Origin: Lama glama
Lineage: Eukaryota
DNA length: 64,000 nucleotides
Direction of reading: 5' to 3'
NCBI GenBank assembly: GCA_028534125.1
Contig: JAPYYK010000093.1
Location: 434,001-498,000, forward strand
Below the pieces are notes generated by a model. It was given only the letters and a program-made list of their open reading frames with translations, searched no databases and was not told where the DNA came from. Shown one piece after another: positions 30,996-64,000 of this stretch. The position numbers were made by a program, and so were the translations under genes. Positions within the stretch are counted from its first letter, which is position 1; each line of letters begins with the position of its first letter.

Positions 30996-31295
30996 GCCTC
31001 TTCCCAGCCTAGGGGAAGCCTGGATTTGCCCCTCAGTCTAGGAGCTGGGGCTGGGACCTCCTGGACTCTCTCAGCTGACTTGGTCATGGGACACCTCAGG
31101 GGTAGCTGGAGTCCTGTGTGTGACATTTGTGCTTGCTCCTCCTGCTGGAGTGCTCCCCTTTCTTTCTTTCTCTACCATCCCAGAGAAGTTTATGGATCAT
31201 GTGTCTAGATGAAGTTGGGCTTGCAAGACTGCCCCCTCAGCAACTCAACTTGTGCTGGTATGTCCAGAAATTACAGAAGAGATAAAAAGTAAAAT

Positions 31296-31301
31296 AATAA
31301 A
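31296..31301 (+). terminator. CYB561D2 polyadenylation signal AATAAA
   Basis: aataaa in an A-rich run about 300 nt after the stop. Confidence 0.55.
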
Positions 31302-31997
31302 AAAAAAAAGACTGAAAAGACTGGATGGGAGGAGTAACCCAGAGCTGGGAATAGTTCTTGCGAATGCTATCAGCATGAAAAAGTGGACAGCTGGGCAAGA
31401 TGGGGACCTGTTCACTGAGGGGCTAAAGCTTTCCTGGCACACTAGCCCCAGAATCTGGCTGCCGGGCATCCCATGTCACCCAGGGCCCTAGCAGGTCCTA
31501 TGGCTGTAGCTGTGAATGGTGCAGCTGTGTGTCCTTTCAGCCTCCCAGCTGTGCTGGTTTCCAGACTGTGGTGGTCAGATCTGGACAATGACAGGATGGG
31601 AGCTGGGGATGGGCTGCCTCCATAGGTGTCAAGCACCGAGCACTCTGTCTTGGCGGTGAGCCATGGATGAGAACAACTCCCTGTGATAGAGAGGCTCTTA
31701 ATCATCAGATCCTCCAGGCCGGGCCTCCCTGACTGGGTACTGCAGGGAGAGAGAAAATAAGTAAGGGTGCAGCTCTCGGAAGGCTGCTTGACAGTGGATA
31801 TGTGGTGGCGGGGAGGGGAGTGTGCTGGGGGAAGGAGAGTGAGGGCAATGATTTTTTCAATCCAGCTGGAGGAGCCTTGGGGACCAAGCCCTTGAACCTA
31901 GAGTAAAAAGTCCCTGCCTAACTTTGCAGTTGCATATGATGAGGGGGCTGCACAAGGCAGTCTGACAGAGCCCAGGAGCCATACCTCAAAGAACTGC

Positions 31998-32003
31998 TTT
32001 ATT
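31998..32003 (-). terminator. TMEM115 polyadenylation signal AATAAA
   Basis: tttatt about 570 nt past the stop. Confidence 0.7.
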
Positions 32004-32572
32004 GATACTGCGAGGCTGGGCTTGGCTGCCCACTCAAGTGGTCCTGTAGAAAATATCTGGGAACTGTGACTGTTCTGGCCCAGAAGCAGCCATGGCCACA
32101 GCAGAGGGAATCAGAAATCCTGACATGAACATAGTCTTTCTGGGGGTGGGCAGGGATGTGCAGCCCTGTGCTGGCTCCTGCACTGGCTGGACCCCCAGAA
32201 CGTTTTTGGCAAATCCTTGCCTTGGCTCGGGGCTCTCGGCAACCAGTATCAGGCGTGAGGGTTGGCCCAGGAGCCATGGCACCAGTGTCCCTGTAGCCAT
32301 TTGCTTGGGGCTGCCTGCTGAGGTGCAGTCTTACCTCAGGTGGCCTGGGCTGGCTGATGCTTCAGAGGCCCCATGCCTGGCATAGTGGTTGTCTGGAACT
32401 GGAACCAGGTAGCAAGAGTCCTGGGTAGTGTTGGCGAGAAATAGCAGAAGGCTGTGGCAACCCCCAGCAGGCCTTCTTCCCTCTCCTCAGAGCAGTCAGT
32501 GCCCTGGAATAGCTGAGAGGGTGTCAAGTGGGGGCTTGGGAGAGGAGATGCTACAGTCAAGGTGGTCAGGAG

Positions 32573-35500
32573 TTATAGCTTCGGGGGAGCTGCCTCAAAG
32601 GTGATCAAGCTGGATTCTGGGACAGACCCCTTCCCTGGGATTGCGGGGGCCTTGTCTGAGGGCAGAGGGCTGTCCACCTTGGCCCCAGCTTCCTCTTCAT
32701 CGTCGTCCATGCTGGGCCAGACGGACTGGTCCTCCACTCTCTTCAACCGCTCATTGAGGGCCTTCAGAGCCAGTTGCCTGGGGCCAGGGAAAAGATGACA
32801 GGTCACTCAGGGTCTGGACTTGCCTCATGTCCTGCACTCTTCCCCTGTGAAACTGATTTGCCTTACTACTCGGACTCCCCTCTCAGAATCCTACATGTTC
32901 CCCTTCCCCATGCAGGGCCCAGGGTTCCTCAGGGATTGGATTAGGACCCACTCTCCTATCAGAATGAGGACCCAAAGGCTGTAGAGCCTTCTTCCCTCCA
33001 TAGCTGGGTCACCTCCAGGCTGAGAAGGCCAGCTGGGTGTATGCCAGGCTGCCCTCAGGCCAGCCCTAGGAATGGTTCTGAGGATGGTGCCTAAGACTAG
33101 GCAGAGCTGGTGTCCCAGGGCAGACAGGTGGAAGGGCAAGTCCCTGGACATATGAGTTTCTGCTGGGCACTGGCATCACATCTAAGGAGAAAGCTGTTAC
33201 TTCTCCGCCTCTCCTTGTTAAGGAGCCTCCCAACAAGGGTCTGTAGGGAAGGTTGGAACTCAAGCACCTGCCCTGGCTCTCAGCCTGGGAAACAGGGCCA
33301 ACCTGGATCAACCTATCCCTCCTAACTGACTCAAATACTCTCCTTCCTGAAGAATCCCCAAAGCCACCAGGACTTGTTTTAGAGCAGGGACACCCTGAGT
33401 CCTTGCAGAGATGGAGAAATAGCCACGTGGGTAGAACACAGGCCAGAGCCTCCTGGTTCCACTGGGCAGCCCCTGGAGACCCAACTCTGGGGGGAAGTGG
33501 GAAAGTTCACGAGAAGATATATAGGTGCACTTGGGACCCTGCCCTACCAAGAGGTGGAATGCTCATACTGCCGGGTAACACTTGTAATAGTGGTCACTGT
33601 GGGCCGCTGATGCCTCAACCTCTGCCACCAGCATGGGGGACCTGTGTAGCCTTCCAAGTTCCAGCAGAGAACTAAAATCTCCACTGTACCAGAAGAGGCA
33701 ATAACACAGGCACAGAAAGCCCCAGCACACTTTGACCCTGACACATGGCAAGTTGGGACAGACAGGATAGTTCTTCCCTGCTGCTACTGAGGCTCCCAAT
33801 CTGGAGACTCCCTTGCCAATTCTGTCTAAAGCCTGCCAAGGGAGAGGTTGTGGCATGCTAATCACTCCCTCACAAGGGTCCAAGGTAGGAAACCCTGCCT
33901 CCCACCATCATAGGGTAGCCCTTTGGGTCAGGGAGTGGCATGCAGCCAGATGTCAAACTGGTTGGAGGAATAACCCCCATCCCCAAGTAAGCTAAAAACA
34001 TCAAAACTAAACCAAGAACCAGCTTCCCAACATCCCTCCCTCCCCAGCCCAGCCTGCCTGAACCTGTCCATTTTCTTTAGCCTGTGCAGAGGTTTTTCAA
34101 ATGTCCAGCCAACTCTAACTAACCAAGATGTCTCACTCGAGGAGGGGCCACCACTGTGGTCTGGGCCCACCTGAACAGCTCTGAGGACAGCTCAGTTTCT
34201 ACCAGGCCCAGCCTCCTGGCCCCATCTTCCCCACCATGTAAGGTTAAGACAGACCTCAGTCTTTAGGATTCATTAGCCATAGAGACACAAACTGTAGGGC
34301 CTAGAGTTATGCTCTGCTACATGCTGTGTGTACTTTTCAACACGTTCCGCCTTGGACCACAGTTACCTGTGGCCCTTCCCTATCTGGAAACTCCTTCAGG
34401 AAAGGGTTGTGTCCCACACTCAACTTCACAGCCCCAGTGGAGAGTAAAACACAGGGAAAACTCCAGCTGAATCCATAAAGCTGCTTGTTAAGAACCCATT
34501 TCACAGTGAGAAAAAACAGAAGCCTTTGACAAATGCAGAAAGTAGGAACAGATCCTGCTCTAGATTTCACTACTCAAGTAACTGCATCGAAAAACTTAAG
34601 AATAATGTTGGAAACTGAGCTGTGACCACTGTGGTGAGTCCAGAGATATGAGAGAGAAAGAGCTGGATTAAAAAAGATCTGTCTTGCCTTGGCCAAGTGA
34701 ATAATTCAGCTGGGACTCCTCATGGTACACATGGCTTGGTTTACAGATAATGGAAAGGTTATCTCCACTCCCTGGTATGGTCAGCAGGCTCCCTCAATGG
34801 GTCAGGTGACTGTCTCCTAGGTTTGGTGACAAATGCCTGCCAAAGTCGGGGGCAGGATGGGGGTAGGTCTAGTAATACCCTAAGCTTCGCTCTCAATAAG
34901 TGGTAGAGAAACAACAGAATCTGAATTAAGCCCTAGGAAGAGGGCATGGTTCAGCATTTGGGGTGGCCCCAACCAACTCTTAAGGACTCTAGGTCTCTTT
35001 CTCTGTTCCTCCCTCACAGGGGAGCAAGGACCAGCGGGTTGTCTCTGGCTCCCACAGGACTAGGGTCTAGGATTCTGAGATTCTGAGACAAGGCCAAGGT
35101 TATGTGTACCTAGCTCTCCAACAGCCCCTTACACAGCTCCAAAAAGCAGGAGCTTTTCATTTCTTGAAACTTAAGTGGACTGAGTGGTGAGAAAAGGAAC
35201 TTTTACTCTCTAATTTTGCAAAGTACCTCCTGCAGCCAGACACCTAAATGCTGAGCCCCTCAAGGCCACAAACTGGATTTTCTCTTTCTGAATCTGCCCC
35301 AATATCTGACTGTAGGCCAGCAGCCTACACAGAGCAAGCAATTCAACAGATGGGATGTGACTTGATCAATAAATACTCTCCTAGCTTGACAAGGTTTTGG
35401 AAGATTCCACAGTACCTTCTCCGCTCTGCGTCTTGAGGGTCTGTGCCTGGGAGGCTGATGGTGATGGAGGATGGGGCACCCACATCATAGCGCTTCACTG

Positions 35501-36266
35501 TCTTCTGGCATATCTTTATCTTCACCAGGAGGCCATGCACCAAGTTCGCCAGCAGCCCCACCACAGGCTGCAGAATCTCCGGGAAGAAGGTGGCGAAAGC
35601 AAAGTGGTCGGCCATGTCCCCTCGGCCTCGGCTATGGCGCTGGTAGAAGCGAAGATACACCCAGCTGGAGAGCAGCCCAAAGCCGTAAGAGGCTAGTGCT
35701 GGGCTCTGGAGCAGTGTGGCCAGCCTCAGCAGCAGCAGCAGCCCCAACAGGAGCATGGGAACCACACTGACACGTACCTGGGGCACTCGCAGGACCACAC
35801 AGTCCCCCATGGTTTGTTTGAGTGCCACCAGGACACCACCTAGGAAGCCCAGGGCGCCATGGATGCGGATAGTGAAAAGGTAGACCAAGTTGAAGGAAGC
35901 CATGTAGGTGAGGAGGTAGGCAAAGGCCCCCAGCAGCCCCACCGACACGTTCACCACTGAGAAGAAGATGAGCAGCTCCAAGGCTCCCCAGAGGGGCTCC
36001 AGCAAACGTCCAGCCACCACCACTGTGGCCAGGCTGATGGCCACATCCCACACATGTTGTTCCATCAGCCCATGGGTGGCCAGGGTCCAGATCCAGAAGT
36101 TGGGCGGAAAGAGGTAGCCTGGGGTGACCGCCAGGCAGCCCGTGTCCACGGCGAAGGACAGTAGGTAGAGGAATAGTACCACCGCGCACAGAGCCTTCAC
36201 CACCACGCTGGCGCTGGCCAGGATGGCCCCCAAGTGTTGGCGGGCGCCCGGTAGGGCGCGCTGCAT
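32573..36266 (-). CDS. TMEM115: Transmembrane protein 115 (PL6; Golgi rhomboid-like pseudoprotease), 351 aa; exons 35416-36266, 32573-32777
   Basis: MQRALPGARQHLGAILAS...GDMADHFAFATFFPE...DAERR|RQLALKALNERL...FEAAPPKL*. 851+205 nt, phase 2. Confidence 0.97.
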
Positions 36267-36599
36267 CTTCCCGGCGGGAGTCGGCCTGAGGGAAGGGTTT
36301 AGTGGGCTAGGGGCCTCCCCGGGGCCTCGTCCCAGTCGGCCCCGACGGGAGGCCCTGCCTTGGCCTAATCACTGGCCTATGGCCCCGGTGAAGGCTCCTT
36401 TTCCGGTTGGGTCGGCTCTGGTCCCAAAGGGCAGAGCCGGGCCTGGTCGCGGGGCCGGGGACCTGGGGGAAGGCCCCGGGCAGCTTCAGCGCGCCTGCCT
36501 GCCTGCCCTGTGGGCCCTGCGGCACAGCGACCGTGCTGGCGGTGATCTCAGGGTTCGGTCTCCTCCATCCACTCTGAGACCCTACGGTCCGCGGGGTAC

Positions 36600-37000
36600 T
36601 GGAGCCTAGTTCTGGGTCGGAGTCAAGTCTGGTCAGCTCCGCCTCGGCCTCGGCCTCGGCTTCGGCAGTACCTCCTCCCTTCTCAGGCGCCGACAAACAG
36701 GGGCGCTGCGCCTGCGCGTCCCAGGCGGCCTCAGGATGCCCTCTGAGCGTCGGCCTTGCGGCTCCGCGGCATGCTGGGACATGGAGTCCCCAGCCCAACT
36801 CGGGGCCGGCGGAAATCAGGGTTCTGGGTAGAACAACAAGTCCCAGGAGGCTATGCGCCCGGGCCCTTCCTGTTGGTGGTGAGAGGAAGGTGTGCTTGGG
36901 AGTTGTAGTTCTCAGGGCCGTTTCCGTCGTTCTTCGGAGGTGGGAGAGGGTGAACGAGCATAGCTAATCTCGGGGGAGCGGCGGGTACCAGCGGCAGCGC
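36600..37000 (-). promoter_or_regulatory. TMEM115 CpG-island promoter
   Basis: NRF1-like gcgcctgcgc, ZNF143-like gggagttgtagt (about 36898-36909) and gcatgctggga. Confidence 0.75.
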
Positions 37001-37179
37001 TATTGCAGGCAAAGCATTTGCTGAATTTCCGGGGAGAGTGGCTCTGTGTGTGCCTGTATGTCTGAGTGGGTGTGTCCTGTGGACGGGTGTGCGGATAGAA
37101 TGTTGGATGGTCCAGTGGGTGTGAACTCCCGAAACTTCCGCGGCCTGTTGTATGCCAGGCCCAGGTTGTATGGGGTGTA

Positions 37180-37430
37180 GGGGACCTGACTCAGGTTGGA
37201 ATTCTTGCTCTGCCTTTTGGCGGCTGTGTGACATTGGCCAAGTTCCTGGACTTTGTTTAGACTCAGTTTCATGGACCATAAAATGGAGGTGATGACAGGA
37301 CCTACTGTGAGGATCCAAGGTACCTGGGGTATAAAATACCAGTCCACCCCGGGTGCTCAGTGTGTTGCCCAAGCTGCCCTTATTACAAGTGAGGTGGAGC
37401 CTGTATTAGAACTCAGGTCTCCAGCACCCA
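37180..37430. mobile_element. MIR SINE fragments
   Basis: gctgtgtgacattggccaagtt...ctcagtttc...ataaaatggag. Confidence 0.55.
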
Positions 37431-37795
37431 AAAGGGGCAAGGCTGGGCCTCTCTCAGTGACGCTCCTCCCCACAATAACTGACCTGGATGAAAAGAGGTC
37501 TCTCTACAAACTTCGGTCAGACTGGCCGTGGGCCCCCACCTCACTGAAACGTGACTTAAGGCAGCTTGTGTCTTGTGCAAACTGATTTGTGTGTGTGTGT
37601 GTACTGAGTTACTTTTTTAAAATGTAAAATATAATTGAAATAGTTATATGACAAAGATCATTTATAAAGTACCAAATCCTTTCCTTCCACTGACTTCAGC
37701 CCAACTGCCAATGTGTGCATAACCTTCCTGGTTAAAAAGGGTATTGCTATCCTTTATCTTTGGGGTCTAGGTTCCCATTGGATGCCACCCCAGGG

Positions 37796-38007
37796 TAGGG
37801 TTGCCAGATTTAGCAAATCAAAATACAGGACCCTCAGCTAAATTGGAATTTCAGATAAACAATGAATAATTTTCGTCAGTGTAGGCAGGTCCCCAATTTT
37901 CAGTATAGTTATGTCCAATGCAGTGTTGGCAATATACTGAAAATATTTGTTGATTATCTGAAATTCCAAATGTGACTGGATGTTCTGTATTTTTTAGCGC
38001 AACTATA
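37796..38007. mobile_element. MER53-like palindromic hAT MITE
   Basis: Starts tagggttgccagatttagcaaatcaaaatacagga. Internal inverted arms gaatttcagataaacaa / ttgattatctgaaattc. 8-bp target duplication ccccaggg/ccccagga. Confidence 0.8.
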
Positions 38008-39088
38008 CCCCAGGACCTCTGGGGCTGTTGTGGGGCATGGGAGCTGTCTCAGGGGTTGCTAGCTAGGCTTTGCTCTGTGGCCAGAACTTGCCACAAGAGG
38101 AGTGAGGAAGGGTGTCCTCGCTAAGGCCTGGAATGCCCTCTTCCATTTATTTAGCATCCAAGGCCCCCCAGCCACAGGCCACCTCCCCTCTGAAACCTTT
38201 GCTGGTTTCTTGCCTCACTGGGAGAAAGAATTTCTCTTAAGCCTTAGTTTGCTCATCTGTGGTATGGGATAAACTAGTATCCAACTCTAAGGTGGTGGTG
38301 AGGACTCAGCTGGCTGCCCACTAGGTGAGTACAGAGTTGGAATATGTATTGTAAGAGAGCGGCTGTCAGCAGCACTGGCAAACCTCTGCCCTGGTCTTTA
38401 TAAGTCCTTCCCTTTGAAAAGAACTGGGAAGGTCACACAGAATAGGGCTGATATTGAGAAAGTTGGGGTTAAAGTGAACAAAGGTGTAGGGTTGGCCAGA
38501 AGGAAGTCTGAGAGGATCTGCAGAAAGAGACTCAAAGTTGGGTTCCAGTGTGAGGTGCAGTGGCCACTGAGGGTACCAGGCCTTCCCTGGGCTGGGATGG
38601 AGCAGCCATCATACTTGGGGATGCGCCAGACCCTGCCCTCCACCAGACAGCACTGAGCCCTCAAGCACCAGGTCACGGACTCAGGTCAGGTACTCACTCT
38701 GTGCTCCAAAGTGGAGGACCTGCCCACTAGGCCCAGGTGGTCTGACCCTATGGCCAGAAGCTTGCGTAAACCAGCATCTCATCTCCATCTTCTCTCCTCC
38801 ACAGTCTTGGCCTTGAGCCTCTGGAGACTTTTTTTTTTTAAAGAAAACTTTTCCTGGAGGTTTTTGAGAAGAGTATGAGACAAAGGATACCAAAGTTCTG
38901 GCACTTAGGAGGCCTGGGAAGCGTCATTCCCTACACCCTCCAGGAACGAGGATTCCTACGGCCTTCACTCCCAGTTGAGTGGTGAGTGGGGCTCTGAGGT
39001 CATGGCCACGTGTCTTCAGGCCACCCAATCCTCACTCCAGGGCAGACACAGTGGATGGGAATCATTTGAAGTGAAAATATGAACATTA

Positions 39089-39094
39089 TTTAAT
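39089..39094 (-). terminator. CACNA2D2 polyadenylation signal ATTAAA (3'UTR about 1.85 kb)
   Basis: tttaat at the end of an AU-rich 3'UTR terminal block. Confidence 0.6.
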
Positions 39095-40943
39095 AACTGA
39101 TTTTCTGTAATAAACCATTTGAAAATATTTTACAAGGAATCACACACAATATTTTACAAAGTTCTTGACTTTTTTGTCGCTGTTTGTCCAACTTGCTGTA
39201 CAAAATAGAACAACCAAAAAAAAAGGGCAGATAAGAGAAAATGGACCCCCAGCCCCCAACAGATCCCCCAAGCCCGAGGCAAGGGGCAGCCAGGTCGGGT
39301 GGGTGATGAGAAGGATCAGACCCAGCCGGGGGTTGGACAACTACCTGATGGGGATTGTTTTGTCTGCTTTTCTGTTTTTTAAACTTAAAATATATATTTT
39401 CTGTATATGTTTGATTCTTTTTTATTTTTGTATTCTCCATTGAGCACCTGACTACACTACAGTTACACACACACGCCCCCGCAAGACATGGCTGGCATCC
39501 AGGCTGGGTGTACAGCTTGGGCACCCACCCTGGCACCAGCAGCAGGCATGGACCATACACACACACTGAGAAAGCAACAAGCAACGTGACATTAATTAAC
39601 GGAGCCATTAATTAATGCATCACCCTCCCCCCTCCTCCAACTCCATCTGAGCCCCACGGCCACATCCCCCTGCCCTCAGTCCCCCACTGGCCCCCAGGCT
39701 GGGATGCCTTTGGGGGAAATGACCAGAATGAAGATGAGCCCAGGCCCAGCCTGTGTGTGTGCAGAGTGTGTATATGTGTTTACGTGTGTGCAAGTGTTCA
39801 GCAGGGAGGAGCAGTTTGGCAAGGGAGTGTGTGTGGAAGTGGGCACAGGCCTGAGTGTGGGCCAGACTGGGGGTGGGATGACCCAGCTAGCAGTGATCAA
39901 GTCACCCCGCTAAGGCAAGGGGCAATGTCCGGTGAGAGTTCCTCTGCCGAGGGATGCAGGCAGTGGCATGTGGTCCCACTGAAGGCCTGACACTAGTGAG
40001 AAATGGTTACAATGAGCACCTGGTGGAGTGAGGGGCATTTAGGGGACACTGGTGGCTAGGGTGGGACAGAGGGGTCTTCACCCCTTGCCCCAGCATTTGG
40101 CACTGTTTGACATTCAGCTTTAGAGACGGAGGACCAGCTGGGCTGCAGGTCAGATTAGAGGCGGATGGTGAGCAGGAGATGGAGTGTGCATGTGCCAACC
40201 CTCCCACCAACCCTTCATCCTGTGTAAGGCTTTGTGAGCCCCGACTCCCACCCCACCCCACGGTATGTGTGTGTTTGTGTGTGTCTGTGCACGTCTGTGT
40301 TTGTGTGTGTCCTCCTGGATATGTTTAATGTGAGTCCAGTTTCTGCCCTCAGGGCTCCAGATGTGTATGGGGTGTGTCTGAGCCAGTCACTGTCCTGCAA
40401 CCTGCAGGGCTTGGTGAGGGAGAGGTGGCTGTAGGCGTGAGAGAGGCAGGAGGGCTGCCCAAGAACCTCTCTTCTGCTAGGACTTAAGCTGGGATGCACA
40501 GGCCTCAAACTGCCCATCTCAACTTCCTCCATGATTCCCAGGGAATCCAAATTTGGTCCTGGGTAGGGCAGAAGAACCAGGTTAGAGGAGTTCAGCTGGG
40601 GCAAGACCTAGGCCTCCCACACAAACGGAGCCTCAGGGCAGGGTGGGCAGTGCAGGCCTGGTTTGGCACCAGTACTGTGTCTTCCCTGGCCCAGTCCTGG
40701 GGGGAGAGGCGAGTAAGTCAAGTGGGAATGAGGGGTCTTGGGACACTTTTGACAGTTCAGGCGCTAGATGTGGCTTGGGGGCCAAAGACTTGAAACGCTC
40801 TCCTTTGGGAATCCACCTCCCTGCCCACCAGGTGCAGACTCTTGGGGGCCCGGCGTGCTCAGGTCCTTCAGTGAGGGAGGGGGTGAGGCTCTAAGGCGGG
40901 GAGTGTGGGGCGGGGGAGCAGGGGACTGGCAGGGAGGGAGCAC

Positions 40944-63743
<22,800 letters not shown>

Positions 63744-64000
63744 CTGGTGGGGGAGAGAGGCCTCAACATTCATGGTCTCCTGAGGTGCAGCCAGGACCCC
63801 CAGCTCCAAGGCCTGGAACAGCCCCCAAGATTGCTCTGGGGCAGAGACTCCGCCCTCCCCTTTCCAGAGCTGCCATCCAGGAAGGGCTGGATGAATCAGG
63901 CTGGGGATGCCCCACCCCCACCCTAGCCAGACCATCCTCAGGGATCCTCACAGGCTCCAGGGGGATGTAGTACCCTGGTTGGGTTGTGATCCCCTGGGCT

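Overview
Mammalian genomic DNA, GC-rich and gene-dense, with nine N-gaps. It is the segment orthologous to the human 3p21.3 (LUCA) tumour-suppressor cluster. Gene order: HYAL2(-), TUSC2(-), RASSF1(-; both the A and C first exons), ZMYND10(-), NPRL2(-), CYB561D2(+), TMEM115(-), and the 3' part of CACNA2D2(-; from the EEDIIYYDAK exon to the stop). I reconstructed exon chains by hand from GT-AG boundaries and reading phase. Two tRNA-derived SINEs resembling camelid Vic-1 suggest camel or alpaca. Most entries in the ORF track are spurious intronic or antisense frames. I found no convincing new multi-gene system. The best second-look items are: lineage-specific changes in HYAL2 (a retroviral receptor); a U12-type intron and a probable PTBP/RBFOX-regulated cassette region in CACNA2D2; the ZMYND10 3' end abutting the RASSF1A promoter; TUSC2 uORFs and alternative polyadenylation; CTCF, REST, RFX and ZNF143 motifs; and assembly gaps that repeatedly fall on expected coding exons. 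Comparisons with orthologues are from memory, not from alignments.
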